From: Takakia lepidozioides | Lineage: Eukaryota > Plantae > Bryophyta | Direction of reading: 5' to 3' | Assembly (NCBI GenBank): GCA_030704615.1 | Contig: CM060731.1 | Location: forward strand, 57,598,001-57,662,000 | Length of the DNA: 64,000 nt | Part shown: piece by piece, positions 1-17,602 of the stretch | Layout of the letters: the number at the start of each line of letters is the position of its first letter | Numbering within the stretch: the first letter of the stretch is position 1 | Program-made: the position numbers and the translations under genes | Notes under the pieces: model-generated | What the model saw: the letters and a program-made list of their open reading frames with translations, nothing else | Database searches by the model: none | What the model was told of the DNA's origin: nothing

Positions 1-655
1 AAGAACTCTTTTCTTTGATGTGTTAGGATTTCATGCGGACAACCATGGCGTAAGATAATCTCTGCATTGAAAAAGAACTGAACTACATAATCAATATCCT
101 AGGAGAACAAATGTTGTCTCCATCAATCCACTTGGTCAAGTAATTTGTCACCACACATAGGTAACGATATCCCTTAGACTTGGTCAAAAGAGGGCACACC
201 ATATCCAAGCCAAGTACTTTTGCAAAAGCAGGGGCTCTACCTTCCAACTCTCAAAACTAGAGCTTATTCGCCTAAAACTTGTTTTTCACATCTAACTCTA
301 AGCAAGAATCCTCGTAAACACAAGCTCTAGCTATGGTTGCATCAACATTCAAATCAACGTCATAGTTGCGACTCTGAAGATGATGATACGTCCATATATC
401 TACCAAAACAATATTTATTCCTAGTTGGGGTCCCCACTGACGTAAAAACTCTCAAAGCTCTGCTGATGGACCTCATCCAAATAAATGAACCTATTTATTT
501 TTGGGGTCGGACAGTTTGTCGGGTTTGGGGAAGCTCCACATGTCCTTGTACTTTGGGAACCGTTCCAGATTTGGAGCCACCGGGTCTGTCCAACCACCCA
601 GCATATTAGAAAGCGCCAAACACCACAAAAACGAATTGTTGCCACGACAATTCGG

Positions 656-2330
656 TTAAGAATGTATAACCTTTTCTGTTGCATCCACATATGATGTGGC
701 TAGACGATGCAGCTTCTCCAATGTCATCGTGGGCTTCAGAGCGCGGGAGTAGTGCTTCCCCACCTCCACCAGAAAATCGGCACCAAGGGCGGGATCAGCT
801 ATGGCCACGTACTTTACCATCCGCGACTTATACTTGATGCGGGCCTTCGCCTCCGCAGCTTTGAGATATGATTCTAGTGCCGGGAAGGTTAGTTTCTTTT
901 CCTCTGACTCCACGTAGAACCTCCGCGCATGTGCCAAATCCTGCTGAATTTTCGTCTGTCAAGAATACGCACATAAGATTAGAGATCCTGCTCAACACTT
1001 TTTCTTCTATTGGGGGAGGAGAGACAAATTAGCTCAACAAAACAGTGAGGAGCTTTACCCGAAATATGTAGTCCACCATGGCGTCCATGCTCAGCCTATA
1101 CCAGGTTCTGTCTGCCTTTGCCTCCGACTTGCGCAGGAGGTCGGCACTGAGCGAATTGGCAAACTCTTGCACCCCTTGCTTCCTGACAGCCTTCACTCGG
1201 AAGAGCATATGGGACAAGTTGGTGGCAATGAAGACATTCTCAGTCACCCTGCAATGCCACATTTCCATTAAACAATACAGAAATGAGAATTTGCAACAAA
1301 TATGACGATTGGCAATGAAATGACTGTTTCAAATTCAAAGTTCCAAAGCAAGAAGCATTGTAACTTACGAGTTGATGTCTGCCATTGCCGCTTTGAGAAG
1401 ACTGCGATCTTTGGGCCCCGCAACCTTGAGCACAACACACTCCACGGCGAAATGCCAATCCAGGTCGTTGGGGTGGGCTTGGGCTATGTACTTCATCCAT
1501 GCCAGAAGGCGATGATTGCCGTCCCACATGTAAAACATCTTTCCGGACAAGTGCTGGAAAAGAGGATCAGTAGCAATCAATCTCTCGAACTCCTCATTTC
1601 GCCTTTGCCAATGGGGATCCCATTTGTCCACCTCATCGGAAGTGTGGGCACGAGAAGCTCCGTGGTCGTTCTCCATGGAAACGTAAAACGCGACAGACCC
1701 CATTCGATATCCCTCCCGTAAAGAGAATTTCAGCTTGTCGATATTGCCTGGGAGGGCAGGTCTCACCACCTACAATGAAACCAAGCGGCAAAGGGGAATC
1801 CGAAGCTTGGCCGGGTACACCATGCCCCCCAGGACCCTGCCAATGTTGCTGTGGGTTGCCTCCAACATCTTGGCAGCGGCCAACTTCATATCCGCCTCCG
1901 ACATGACGTCTGTTGCAGGGGGGTTCTCCGGCAGCCCACCCGGACCGCCAAATCCAGCCTGTATGCTGCGGGTTTGGGGCCAGGGGATGTCCGGGAGGAT
2001 GTCATCCTGGTCAGAAAGTTCCCTTTCGTCGTCCTCAACATGGTCATCCTCCGCCGGAAGCACTTGGAGCACTCTCTCCGTCTCTACTGCCCTCTCCCCT
2101 GCTTCACCTCGAACTTGCACAATCCGTGCTCTTTGTGGTGTTCTTTCACCTCCTCCAGTCTCCACCGTATGGGTAATTGCGGGGGCTGCTCCTGCCGGCG
2201 ATGGTGTAACCGGTGTGTTACTGCCTCTTTGTGGTGTCTTGGAGGGATCCACCGTCTCTGTGTGTCCCTCGCTTACATGGGCATCTGTCATTTCGACACC
2301 CCTGGCCTCTTGCAAATCTGAATGCAGCAA
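656..2330 (-). pseudogene. ParB/Srx-like domain gene, paralog A (N-terminal half of the ParB-methyltransferase fusion); spliced, one in-frame stop, apparently 3'-truncated
   Basis: Exons ~2330-1369, 1248-1059 and 955-~660 with GT-AG introns. Contains RIPLCRL...FYMWDGNHRLLAW. It aligns by eye with the 57-62 kb gene (RVPLCRM...YIYDGNHRYLAW; DPALG.DFL.E; MTLEKL) and shares the intron before VTE. In-frame TAG at 1770-1772. Confidence 0.75.
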
Positions 2331-2912
2331 CGACCTAGCTCCTTTCTAACCACTCTGACCTTGATCATTCTTCTCAACAACTCGTGCTTTTGCAATGCAA
2401 CCATGCGCTTCCAGGGCTGTCAGGCGGAAGATGCGAAAACAAATAAACAAAACGAAGAAAACCGAAAGAGGAAGGGGCAGAACCTGAGAGTGCTCGGCTT
2501 CAGTTGGCGCGGGCTGTGAGCAAGACAATGGAATTTTCTGCTGGAGCTTAAGTTTGGCCATGCGAGAGGTTGGACGTCGCCCGTAGTACAAAGCCTTCAG
2601 CTTCCGCCGCGGTCTGGATGTGGGGTTTCTCTCAGGAGAGCCACGCCCTTCTCCACGCGGCATAAGTCCCAGCAAAAGAAAAAAGATCTCGCAGTATATG
2701 TGCGTACATGCCTCGAATAGAAGTTCATCCAAGTTTAACATCAGGTTTCCAAGGCGTATCCGGGAAGCAAGCGCGGAATCCCTGTGTCGCCAGCCCGGTT
2801 CAAAACCGACGGCGGAGGACATTTAATGCCCAACTGCGCCATTAAATGTCGTAGCTGTCGGTCACAGGCGCCAAAACCCCTCCCCCCCCCCGAGACTTCG
2901 TCAATCGCCCGC

Positions 2913-3345
2913 TGGATGGAAAAAATCGGCGCCGAATTTCCATCCAGCGGATGAAGTATGACGCAACGAGGCCCTCCCTCCGCCCGAGCCGTTCCCATCC
3001 AGGAGACGCCGGCGCCGCATTTCCATCCTGCACGCAATTCGGAGCGCGTCCGGATGGAAATCCGGCGCCGAATTTCCATCCTTGGGGTAATTCGGAGCGC
3101 GGCCGGATGGAAATCCGGCGCCGAATTTCCATCCTTGGGGTAATTCGGAGCGGGGCTGGATGGAGATCCGGTGCCGAATTTCCATCCCAGAGGTAATTCG
3201 GAGCACGGCCGGATGGATATCCGGCGCCGAATTTCCATCCCACAGGTAACACGGAGAGAAGCCGGATGGGAAACCAGCGCCGAATTTCCATCCTGCAGGT
3301 AATTCGGTCCACCTCATCGATGGAAAACCGGCAACGAATTTGTCT
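2913..3345. repeat. 53-bp tandem array, ~6-8 units, built on a near-perfect 30-bp palindrome
   Basis: GGATGGAAATCCGGCGCCGAATTTCCATCC-type cores at 3052, 3105, 3158, 3211 and 3264 (53-bp period), with degenerate copies near 2913, 3000 and 3319. Confidence 0.9.
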
Positions 3346-3485
3346 CTAGCGGACCAGAATGGTGGGAATAACGTGCCAAATGTGGCCTGTAGGCAAAAAA
3401 CTCCAAGTTTAGTGTGTAACCAGACAAAAAAACGCGAAAAACTTGATGCAACGACTAAAAATTGTTGAAGAGGTGCCGATATGGG

Positions 3486-4852
3486 CTTCATTCAACGGGC
3501 CTCGGATGGAAATTCGGCGCCGTTTTTACATCCAGGGGATGTTCTCTGTCGGCCATGTGTCGGCCTCTCCCCCCGAGACGACTTCATCCAACGGGCCTCG
3601 GATGGAAATTCGGCGCCGTTTTTCCATCCGGGGGATGTTCTCTGTCGGCCATGTGTCGGCCTCTCCCCCCGAGACGACTTCATCCAACGGGCCTTGGATG
3701 GAAATTCGGCGCCGATATTCCATCCGGGGGATGCTCTCTGTCGGCCAGGTTTCGGCCTCTCCCCCCGAGTCGACTTCATCCAACGGGCCTCGGATGGAAA
3801 TTCGGCGCCGTTTTTCCATCCGGGGGATGTTCTCTGTCGGCCTCTCCCCCCGAGTCGACTTCATCCAACGGGCCTCGGATGGAAATTCGGCGCCGTTTTT
3901 CCATCCGGGGGATGTTCTCTGTCGGCCATGTGTCGGCCTCTCCCCCCGAGTCGACTTCATCCAACGGGCCTCGGATGGAAATTCGGCGCCGAATTTCCAT
4001 CCGGGGGATGTTCTCTGTCGGCCATGTGTCGGCCTCTCCCCCCGAGTCGACTTCATCCAACGGGCCTCGGATGGAAATTCGGCGCCGTTTTTCCATCCGG
4101 GGGATGTTCTCTGTCGGCCATGTGTCGGCCTCTCCCCCCGAGACGACTTCATCCAACGGGCCTCGGATGGAAATTCGGCGCCGTTTTTCCATCCGGGGGA
4201 TGTTCTCTGTCGGCCATGTGTCGGCCTCTCCCCCCGAGACGACTTCATCCAATGGGCCTCGGATGGAAATTCGGCGCCGAATTTCCATCCGGGGGATGTT
4301 CTCTGTCGGCCAGGTTTCGGCCTCTCCCCCCGAGTCGACTTCATCCAACGGGCCTCGGATGGAAATTCGGCGCCGTTTTTCCATCCGGGGGATGTTCTCT
4401 GTCGGCCAGGTTTCGGCCTCTCCCCCCGAGTCGACTTCATCCAACGGGCCTCGGATGGAAATTCGGCGCCGTTTTTCCATCCGGGGGATGTTCTCTGTCG
4501 GCCATGTGTTGGCCTCTCCCCCCGAGTCGACTTCATCCAACGGGCCTCGGATGGAAATTCGGCGCCGAATTTCCATCCGGGGGATGTTCTCGGCCAGGTG
4601 TCGGCCTCTCCCCCCCCGAGACGACTTCATCCGGCGGGCTCGGATGGAAAAACGGCGTCGAATTTCCATCCGGGGGATGATCTCAGTCGGCCAGGTGTCG
4701 GCCTCTCCCCCCGAGACGACTTCATCCAACGGACCTCGGATGGAAATTCGGCGCCGTTTTACCATCCGGGGGATGTATTCTGTCGGCCAGGTGACTGACT
4801 CACCCCCGAGACGACTTCGTCCGACCTGGCTCGGATGCAAATTCGGCGCCGC
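3486..4852. repeat. 96-bp tandem array, 15 palindrome-bearing units
   Basis: GGATGGAAATTCGGCGCCG-type cores at 3504, 3600, 3696, 3792, 3877, 3973, 4069, 4165, 4261, 4357, 4453, 4549, 4642, 4738 and 4833. The 32-aa periodicity in the ORF track matches the 96-bp unit. Confidence 0.95.
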
Positions 4853-5268
4853 TGTTGTATGTTGACGATTGGCAGCGAGGTTCTGGCACTCAATCTTGTA
4901 ATCAGACCCACTAGAATGCCACCTCTGCCAGTTCCCTTTGTCCATGGGGAAGGTGCTTGCATGCTCGCCCCCCCATGCTTCTTGTCAGACGCCGTAATGA
5001 TTGGTTTCCCCAGCGCATCTGCACATGTCATATACCTTCTGACTGCATACCGTTGGCAGTTATTGCGCAAAGGCCAGGGGCCGCATTCCGCAGACAATGT
5101 TCATTAACTCTCTGATAGTGGATTTTCGGGAGAGTGGGCTCCCCGGATTCGTGAATAGGCTTCGTCGCTTCCAAAAATCGGCCCTGCATTCCTTCCCCTC
5201 GCTGCAACCTCCTTCTCCCAGTGCGCTCGTCCGAACGCCGTCCTGGCAGTCTTGTGTGCACAACTCCC

Positions 5269-8200
5269 ATGGCAGAAAACCCGAGCGCTATAGTGTACTG
5301 CCCTCCTCACGAGCATGGAGCTACATTTCCGTGCAGAGGGGAGATCTACCGGGTGATGGAGAAATATCTCTTCGTTCGATACCACCTGAAACCGGGGTCG
5401 GTATTTTTGGAGGAAGAAAGGAAGGATTCAAACGGAGTTGTAGTCGAAAGTATTGTTGTGCTCCACGATGATTTCGGCAACGGCAGGGAATGGCGAGTTC
5501 CACCATCGGACAGCGTCATATACAGGGCTGTTGGGGACTTCATTTGCCCGCCAAATGCGCCTTCTATCCTGGCGCCTTCCACGAAACAATCTGCAAATCA
5601 GAGAGTGGGTACCTCAAAGAGAGAAGTCCGCAACGAAGTAAATCCAGAGCCGAATCTATCAATGAAGACGAGCGAGAACCGGGTTGTTCACAACTTGTCC
5701 GACTCCGACGAGGTCATGGAAGTTCCGAGATCATCCTGGAGATCAGGCAAGTCCTCAATGGACATCGGCGAACGAGGGAGTTATATTCCCAGCACGAACA
5801 CAGCAGCTCGATCCATTCCCGAAATTCTGCGAGGGCTTCACATGGAGGGACACCGCTCGGAGCTGGCTGGGCTGGACTACAGCAAGTTCGTAATTAAATC
5901 CGTTACATGCCTTCCCACAGACGTCGACGGTAATATCTTCTTTGAGTTCCCTCCTCGAACGGACTATTCCAGGGCGTCCGGAATGTTGACAGATATGGAT
6001 AGGAAACATAACTCTCGATGAGAAGGAAATGGAGGCATTGCTGGAGTTGGTGTCCCACGTCTGTTCACCGAATGTCTGAAACCACATTGTCTCCTGCAAA
6101 CAGAAAATTGGGTGTGGCTCGGATATGCACTCCATTCTGGAGGTGAAGCGACGATGTGGATATGACTACATTCATGGAAGTAGGTTTCCTGGACAAGGGA
6201 CTGAGACAGATCGTTGTTTCGTATTCAAAATGTCCACGTGTGGGCTTGGCAGTGGCGTCGAACTGGTCGACCGGCTGACGAGTGGGGACTTGTCAAACAG
6301 TTGGGTCATGTTCGACCATATCAAGCGAATTACAAATCACCAGTGGATGACAATGGCTGCACATGTCTACGACACCCACTGTAGGATGCTAATGACCATT
6401 GCTATTTGTGAGATGAAAGGAGAGGACACACAATCAGAGATGCTTCTTTGGCAGGGAATAAACGAACAGATGACCAGGGCAGGATTGCCCCCTCCCAATT
6501 TCCGTGGTTTCATGGCGGACAACGCACAAGCAAATTGGTCTGCCATCCGAAGGGTGTACGGGGAAGACCCCAATGTTCCGATGGAAGGCAAGGAGAGAGC
6601 TTGTGGGTTCCATTTGCTGCAGAGCTTGTCGCAGTACACAACCCGACTCGTGGTGCCAGATTTCAGAGAGGAGCACCGTTTCATGTATCTTGCGTGGAAG
6701 CGTGCTCCCACCTTGGATGATGCAGATACACAATTTGCATGTATACAAGCTTGGTGGACAACGTCAGGTGCTGTAAAGAAATCAGACGAGGGAACAATGG
6801 TCAGTTGGCTAGACTAGTATGGTGGCATTATCGTTTCCTCCAGTTTGGCGACTATATGCGGGAGGTGAGTTGGACGAATTTGCGTCCCGTTGAATATTAT
6901 GCTACTCGTTATTTGTAACTTGCTTGTAACCTCAACATATGCATGTGCAGGAAATGTGTCTGGACTCTGACACCAACATGCCGACAACAAACATGGCCGA
7001 ATCAGTACATTCTTCCTGGCGTGCCTCTTCTGCGGCGCATCTGGTGGACATCCTCACTGCCACAACGGAGGACATTGTCAGGTCAATTATGCAGCAATGC
7101 AGATACAACGAGTTCTTGAAAGGGAAACAGTGGGGCTTGGGGCCAGACAGGTAGAAAATGCTGATGCGGACTGCTTCCAGATCGAAGAATCCTCGCAAGT
7201 GGGCGGCAGCCTTGCGAGAGGGCCTTCGGGACACGCCATTGTTTCGAAGAGGCCAACACTTGGAAAGAGATGTTCACACCCGTCCAGTGAGACGAAGACC
7301 TGACGAGGCACTTGGCGGAGAAGAGGATTCATGGCGAGCTGACAAGAATATTCGCATGCTCCCTCGTGGTCCCGTGATGTTGCCCGATGAGGTCTCGTCG
7401 AGCACCGCAAGTCCTGCACATTCAAGGTCGTCATCTCCTTTGAGCACATGGCACGTGCCCGAGGAACATAACGAGCTATCTGTAGTAACGCAGTACAACA
7501 AACCCATTATGGAGACAAGAGTGTCGGAGTCACAGTGGAGAATTGCAAGGATATTGCCGGCATTTCAAGGGAAATGTGCTGCGCCATCTGGGTGGATACG
7601 ATAGCACGCTGTGGTGAGATGATTCGGAGGAACCCACACGGTGCTGTACCTGCACCTTGTTTCAGCGGTAGATTTTTGACTCCCACATTTTCTTACGCCA
7701 CAACGCAGACGTTTTGGTTCTGTAGGCACGACATAATGACCTGTGTATTTGGCAAGCCCAAGTACGGGATTCAGGGAATATCGGAGCCTCCGGGCGTCTG
7801 GCCTGTTGCACCGGGTTGCAACCTCTCTCAGAATGAGGTGGATGCTTTTTCTACAGCAGGATTTCGAATGGTGCAACGCACAGACGTCCCGACCCACTCG
7901 TTTCCAGTTCCTCAGACCCAGCCATTGCAGACTGCTCGGTCCAGTAGAGACGGATTGGACAATTCTGCACATCCCACAATGCGATTCGGAAGAGTGAAGA
8001 GACGACACCCTCCCAACAAGTTGAATGAGACTCGGATTGCTAATGCTCTTGGGATGGCTTGCACTATTCAGAGCTACGTGGACGTACCTCCACCCGGCCT
8101 TGGGCGTGTTTATCGGATGGCAACGGCCGGCTCAGCTGTACGCGACGACGTATACACAATTACGATTGGAGTGGAGCCGACTTGCAATTGTACGGACTTC

Positions 8201-8371
8201 TCATTGATGGAAGCAAAGAAGGGGTCAAAGTATTATCCATGCAAGCATCTGTATTACATTTACCTGAAGAGGTTGAGGATGAACTTGACTATTGATGACT
8301 CTATTCATGCACCAGCGTTGAGCGTGAACGAGCTGTACAAACTCCTCGGCCGGGATTCCAGAAATCATTGA
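5269..8371 (+). pseudogene. MULE (Mutator-like) DDE transposase with C-terminal SWIM zinc finger, disrupted
   Basis: Motifs WVMFDH, GFMADNAQAN, CGFH (CxxH) and TNMAESVH, plus SWIM TCNCTDF...PCKHLYY. Intron 6865-6950. Stops or frameshifts at ~6020, 6813-6817, 7152 and ~7600. Confidence 0.85.
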
Positions 8372-8647
8372 TGGGGAAAAAAAAATCCACCATATGAATA
8401 TTTGCAATTGCATTTTGATGCATTAGATTTTGTTTTACAATGTAATGAATTGCACCCCAACACTCCTGGAATGAGACAGACAATATTAAAGTGATGTCTT
8501 TTAAACACTAGGGACTGATGGATATCCGTTGACGTCCAGTGGCAATTCAATGTCGAAACAGAATCAATACAAAGATGGCGGCAGGAAAAATTTGCAAATC
8601 TTCCAGAAAACTGAGTTCCAACAGTTGCAGTTGAGAGGGCCATTTCT

Positions 8648-8945
8648 GGAAAAATGGCGCCGAATTTCCCTTTTTTGGGCCGAAAACTAGCTAAGTCCCA
8701 ACATTGTCTGGAAACGATGTTTGGAAAAATGGCGCCGAATTTCCAGTTACATGGCCCAGAACTGCCCGACATTTGTGCAATGCCCGACACCATGTACCGA
8801 AATTCGGCGCCACATTTCAATGAAGTTGGGACCTATAACTATGAAATTCGGCACCATTTTTCGCCGGAGTCACCTATTACCGCGCAATACGTCGCCGATT
8901 TTTCTGCTTGCGGAACCTATTACCGTGAAATTCGGCGCCATTTTT
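8648..8945. repeat. Cluster of palindrome half-sites (TGGCGCCGAATTTC / GAAATTCGGCGCCA) downstream of the transposase
   Basis: Copies at about 8655, 8730, 8799, 8843 and 8927, in both orientations. Confidence 0.8.
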
Positions 8946-10509
8946 GCAGATGTTGCTCAGAATTCGCATGAGCGGAAGACGAAATATCATGAGCACGGCT
9001 CTCAAAACTACAATTTCTACTTCAAACAATGAATATTATATTGTTTTTTTCCTGACACATCCCATTAAAATAATGTTTTTAATGTTTTTATTTGCAGAAT
9101 TTGTACTTCTACTCATGAAAACCGATTGTCTTACTACTCCGCTCATGCCACTCATGCTCATGAAATAGCTAACCTCCATTTTGGGGATGACCTTGAAAGT
9201 TGCAGTGTTGTCGTAAAAAAGATGAGCACATTTCCACCTCACTGGCAGGGGCACTAGGACGCATTAGAGTCTAAACCATGTTTAGGGTGATCATGTGGTG
9301 CGTTGCAGGAAGTACAGTACTGAAATGGCTCACAATGTGTCGACACTGAAGATGAAAGCTAAAGTGGAGCGTGCTACACACCATAATGTTGCAGTAACCA
9401 GTGGGACAAAGTTGCAGAATGAAAGATCTGTCTCACATATGATGTGTTGTCTTATTCTACGTTGTTGTCATGAGTCTAACTTTTCCCAAATGGCAGACAT
9501 TGATTAAATCTTATCATGTGCTTCATGAGGGATTCTCTATAATTTCTGATGTTTGTGCAAACGACATTGATCGTTGTGCTTGGTTTACATAAATGTTAGA
9601 ATGACATCCTCGTTCAACATTCATCCACTCTCTCATTCATTCACAATATTTCATCTACATTCGTCCACACCTTTTCATCCACATTTATCCATTTTTGCAG
9701 CGTCCCATCCACATTGGCTCTCCTTCATCCCCATTAATTCATCCACAACCATTCTCACCTACCACCATATAGCACATTGAAACTGTTCATGCAGACAGTG
9801 AAGAAGTGATTATTGAAATTCTTCCTAGTTCTCACATTGAAAGGGAGCAAGTGTATGAGTACATGGGTCTACACCAGTGTTGGGTGGATATTAACTTTTT
9901 TTAATATCCGAATTGGATGAAAGTTTAGGCGGCAATCCACAACAGATTGATGTCTTTTATGAGCCGAAAAAAGGTCTTCTGCCTGGAACTGCTCCTTCTG
10001 ACAATGTTTCCAAAGGGCATGAAGGCGATCGGAATATGTAGAGGCGGAATATATATATATATATATTTCTTAGCCGCTTAGTCTCATCCGAGCGTAATCT
10101 CGATCTCTTCATGCTGCTTGAGTATGCAACGTACCGGTACGTCGATTTAGGCTCCTTCCCTTCCGCTGTACAGTGCCAGCGCTTTCCCCTCATAGGGTCT
10201 CTTTCGATTAGGCAGGTACTACAAGCCCTCTGCCACATTCGAAAGTGGCTGAGAGAGAGGTAGAACCATGAATACCATCGGGAATCGTGAAAGGTGCTTC
10301 TACATATTCCATTCCTTGAAACCCAGTGGGGACTGGAGCCGGCGAAATGTTAGGGTCCAGAGTTACTTCATAGAGCCGTACCTAAAACCACTTCATTCGC
10401 ATTGCGAATAAATTGTAAGTTGCGCCCTTTTTTCTTCGTTCCGGAGCTAGGAAGGGGCGCAGCGGAAAAAGCGGCAATAGAATAGATATGGATTTTTTCA
10501 GGCTTCTTC

Positions 10510-10835
10510 TATAAACGCCCGAAGGGCTATATATCTGCCGGTTCCGGGTATACAAAAAACTTGGTTTTAGATATCCACCGGTTCCGGGTATTACCAACAT
10601 GACAAACAGCGGATCCGGGTATGCGTCTGGTTATTAATTTTAGGGCGGATATCCGCCGGGTATTGACGGGTATTTGACCAGATATGCGCAGGGTATTACA
10701 CCGGGTATAGAACATTTTTTTCACATTTTCATATCCGCTGGTTATGCATCTAACCCGGTCCTAAAAAATGCCACTTCCCGGTTCGGATACCTTGGTATCC
10801 GGACTGATATCCTGCTGTTCATATCTTGATGACCC
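10510..10835. repeat. MITE-like repeat rich in ATATCC/CCGG motifs upstream of the MYST coding region
   Basis: Repeated atatccgccgg / ttccgggtat motifs in both orientations. No TSD found. Confidence 0.4.
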
Positions 10836-10987
10836 TATGTCCACCCAACACTGCTCTACACTGACCTATATTGTATGCCTCGTTTGGCATTATTGGGTAG
10901 AACTAATTACCGGCTTGCTCATCCTCAAACAGCTTGTTGATCATTGATCATGTTTGTCTGTTGATTTTTCAGGAAGAGTCAGGTCAA

Positions 10988-16676
<5,689 letters not shown>

Positions 16677-17526
16677 ACCTTACCTGTGTGCTCATAAGTG
16701 TACAGACTCTGGAACAAGTGAGATTAGGACCAAGGAGCTTGTGGGAAGTCCAGATTGATTTGAATGGGCTGGATCCCCGTTTGCTTCTATAGCAACTCTG
16801 CTTTACTTTATTTGAGGTTGATTCTCATACTAGAGAACCCAACAGTTGATCAGAATAGACTTGCAAACGGATGCTTACAGGAATTGGGAGGAAGGCAGAT
16901 AGACAAATATGTATAACCACTCTGTTGGACTTTGGAGTGATCATGCAAGACCATCTCTGATTTGCTCAAGGGTAACTGTGTATGATGATCATGGTGTAAG
17001 TTATGCATCCCACACTCTTGAGATAGTGCTTCAAGGCTTTCAATTGGGGATATTGATGAGTGATGAATGAGTTCCTCCAATGTCTCTGGTTTACTTCTGA
17101 AATGATGTGCATCATCCTGGAAGTTGTAGATTCACTCGTATGTGAAACATGCGTGGGCCCACCAACCCTGAATTTCATGGCCGATTGTTTGTTTTGATGT
17201 TGACTACTTTCAGACCATCTTGCCCCTCTCCTCAAGCGCATCCCATGGTGCCGGAAGCTTACAGCTCGGTTTCAGCTGTTGGACTTAGTATATTCTGAAG
17301 TATTGTTCTCAAGTGTTCACTTGCAAATCTCTGATCCGCTGCAAGGGTATTGGCATATCTTTACTGTTAGTGGGTCTTGGCAATGTCCATCCACGGTCCA
17401 TACATCATTCCCATAAGCCAAGCAAGCACACCATTCCCATAAGCCAAGCAAGCACACCTCTCTTTTACCTGCATACTTATATAGGAAATTGACAACCACA
17501 ACCTGGCTTGTATCTTTCTCCCGCAC

Positions 17527-17602
17527 TTGAGCAGGTAGCCCAGTCGTTGGGTGTTTGTGCCTTGCCTGTGCATAACCTAGGCGATCCTGGGTTCAATCCT
17601 TC
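17527..17602 (+). repeat. tRNA-derived SINE-like head
   Basis: A-box-like TAGCCCAGTCGTTGG and B-box GGTTCAATCC. No complete cloverleaf. Confidence 0.35.

Larger units (their letters stand above)
656..8945. mobile_element. MULE-type DNA transposon remnant: divergent ParB-like gene (-), palindrome arrays, MULE-SWIM transposase (+)
   Basis: A shared GAAATTCGGCGCC motif occurs on both sides of the transposase. Termini and TSD were not identified, so the boundaries are approximate. Confidence 0.6.

Noticed and set aside
1-655. Continuation of paralog A into its methyltransferase half
   Set aside because: No similarity to the downstream exons of paralog C was seen in the ORF translations for this stretch.
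2913-4852. CRISPR-like array (30-bp palindromic repeat at regular spacing)
   Set aside because: The spacers are near-identical copies of each other, no cas genes are present and the context is eukaryotic.
3443-4945. Long ORFs (336-467 aa) in most frames across the array
   Set aside because: Artefact of a GC-rich 96-bp (32-codon) repeat with few stops. They are open on both strands with no protein signature.
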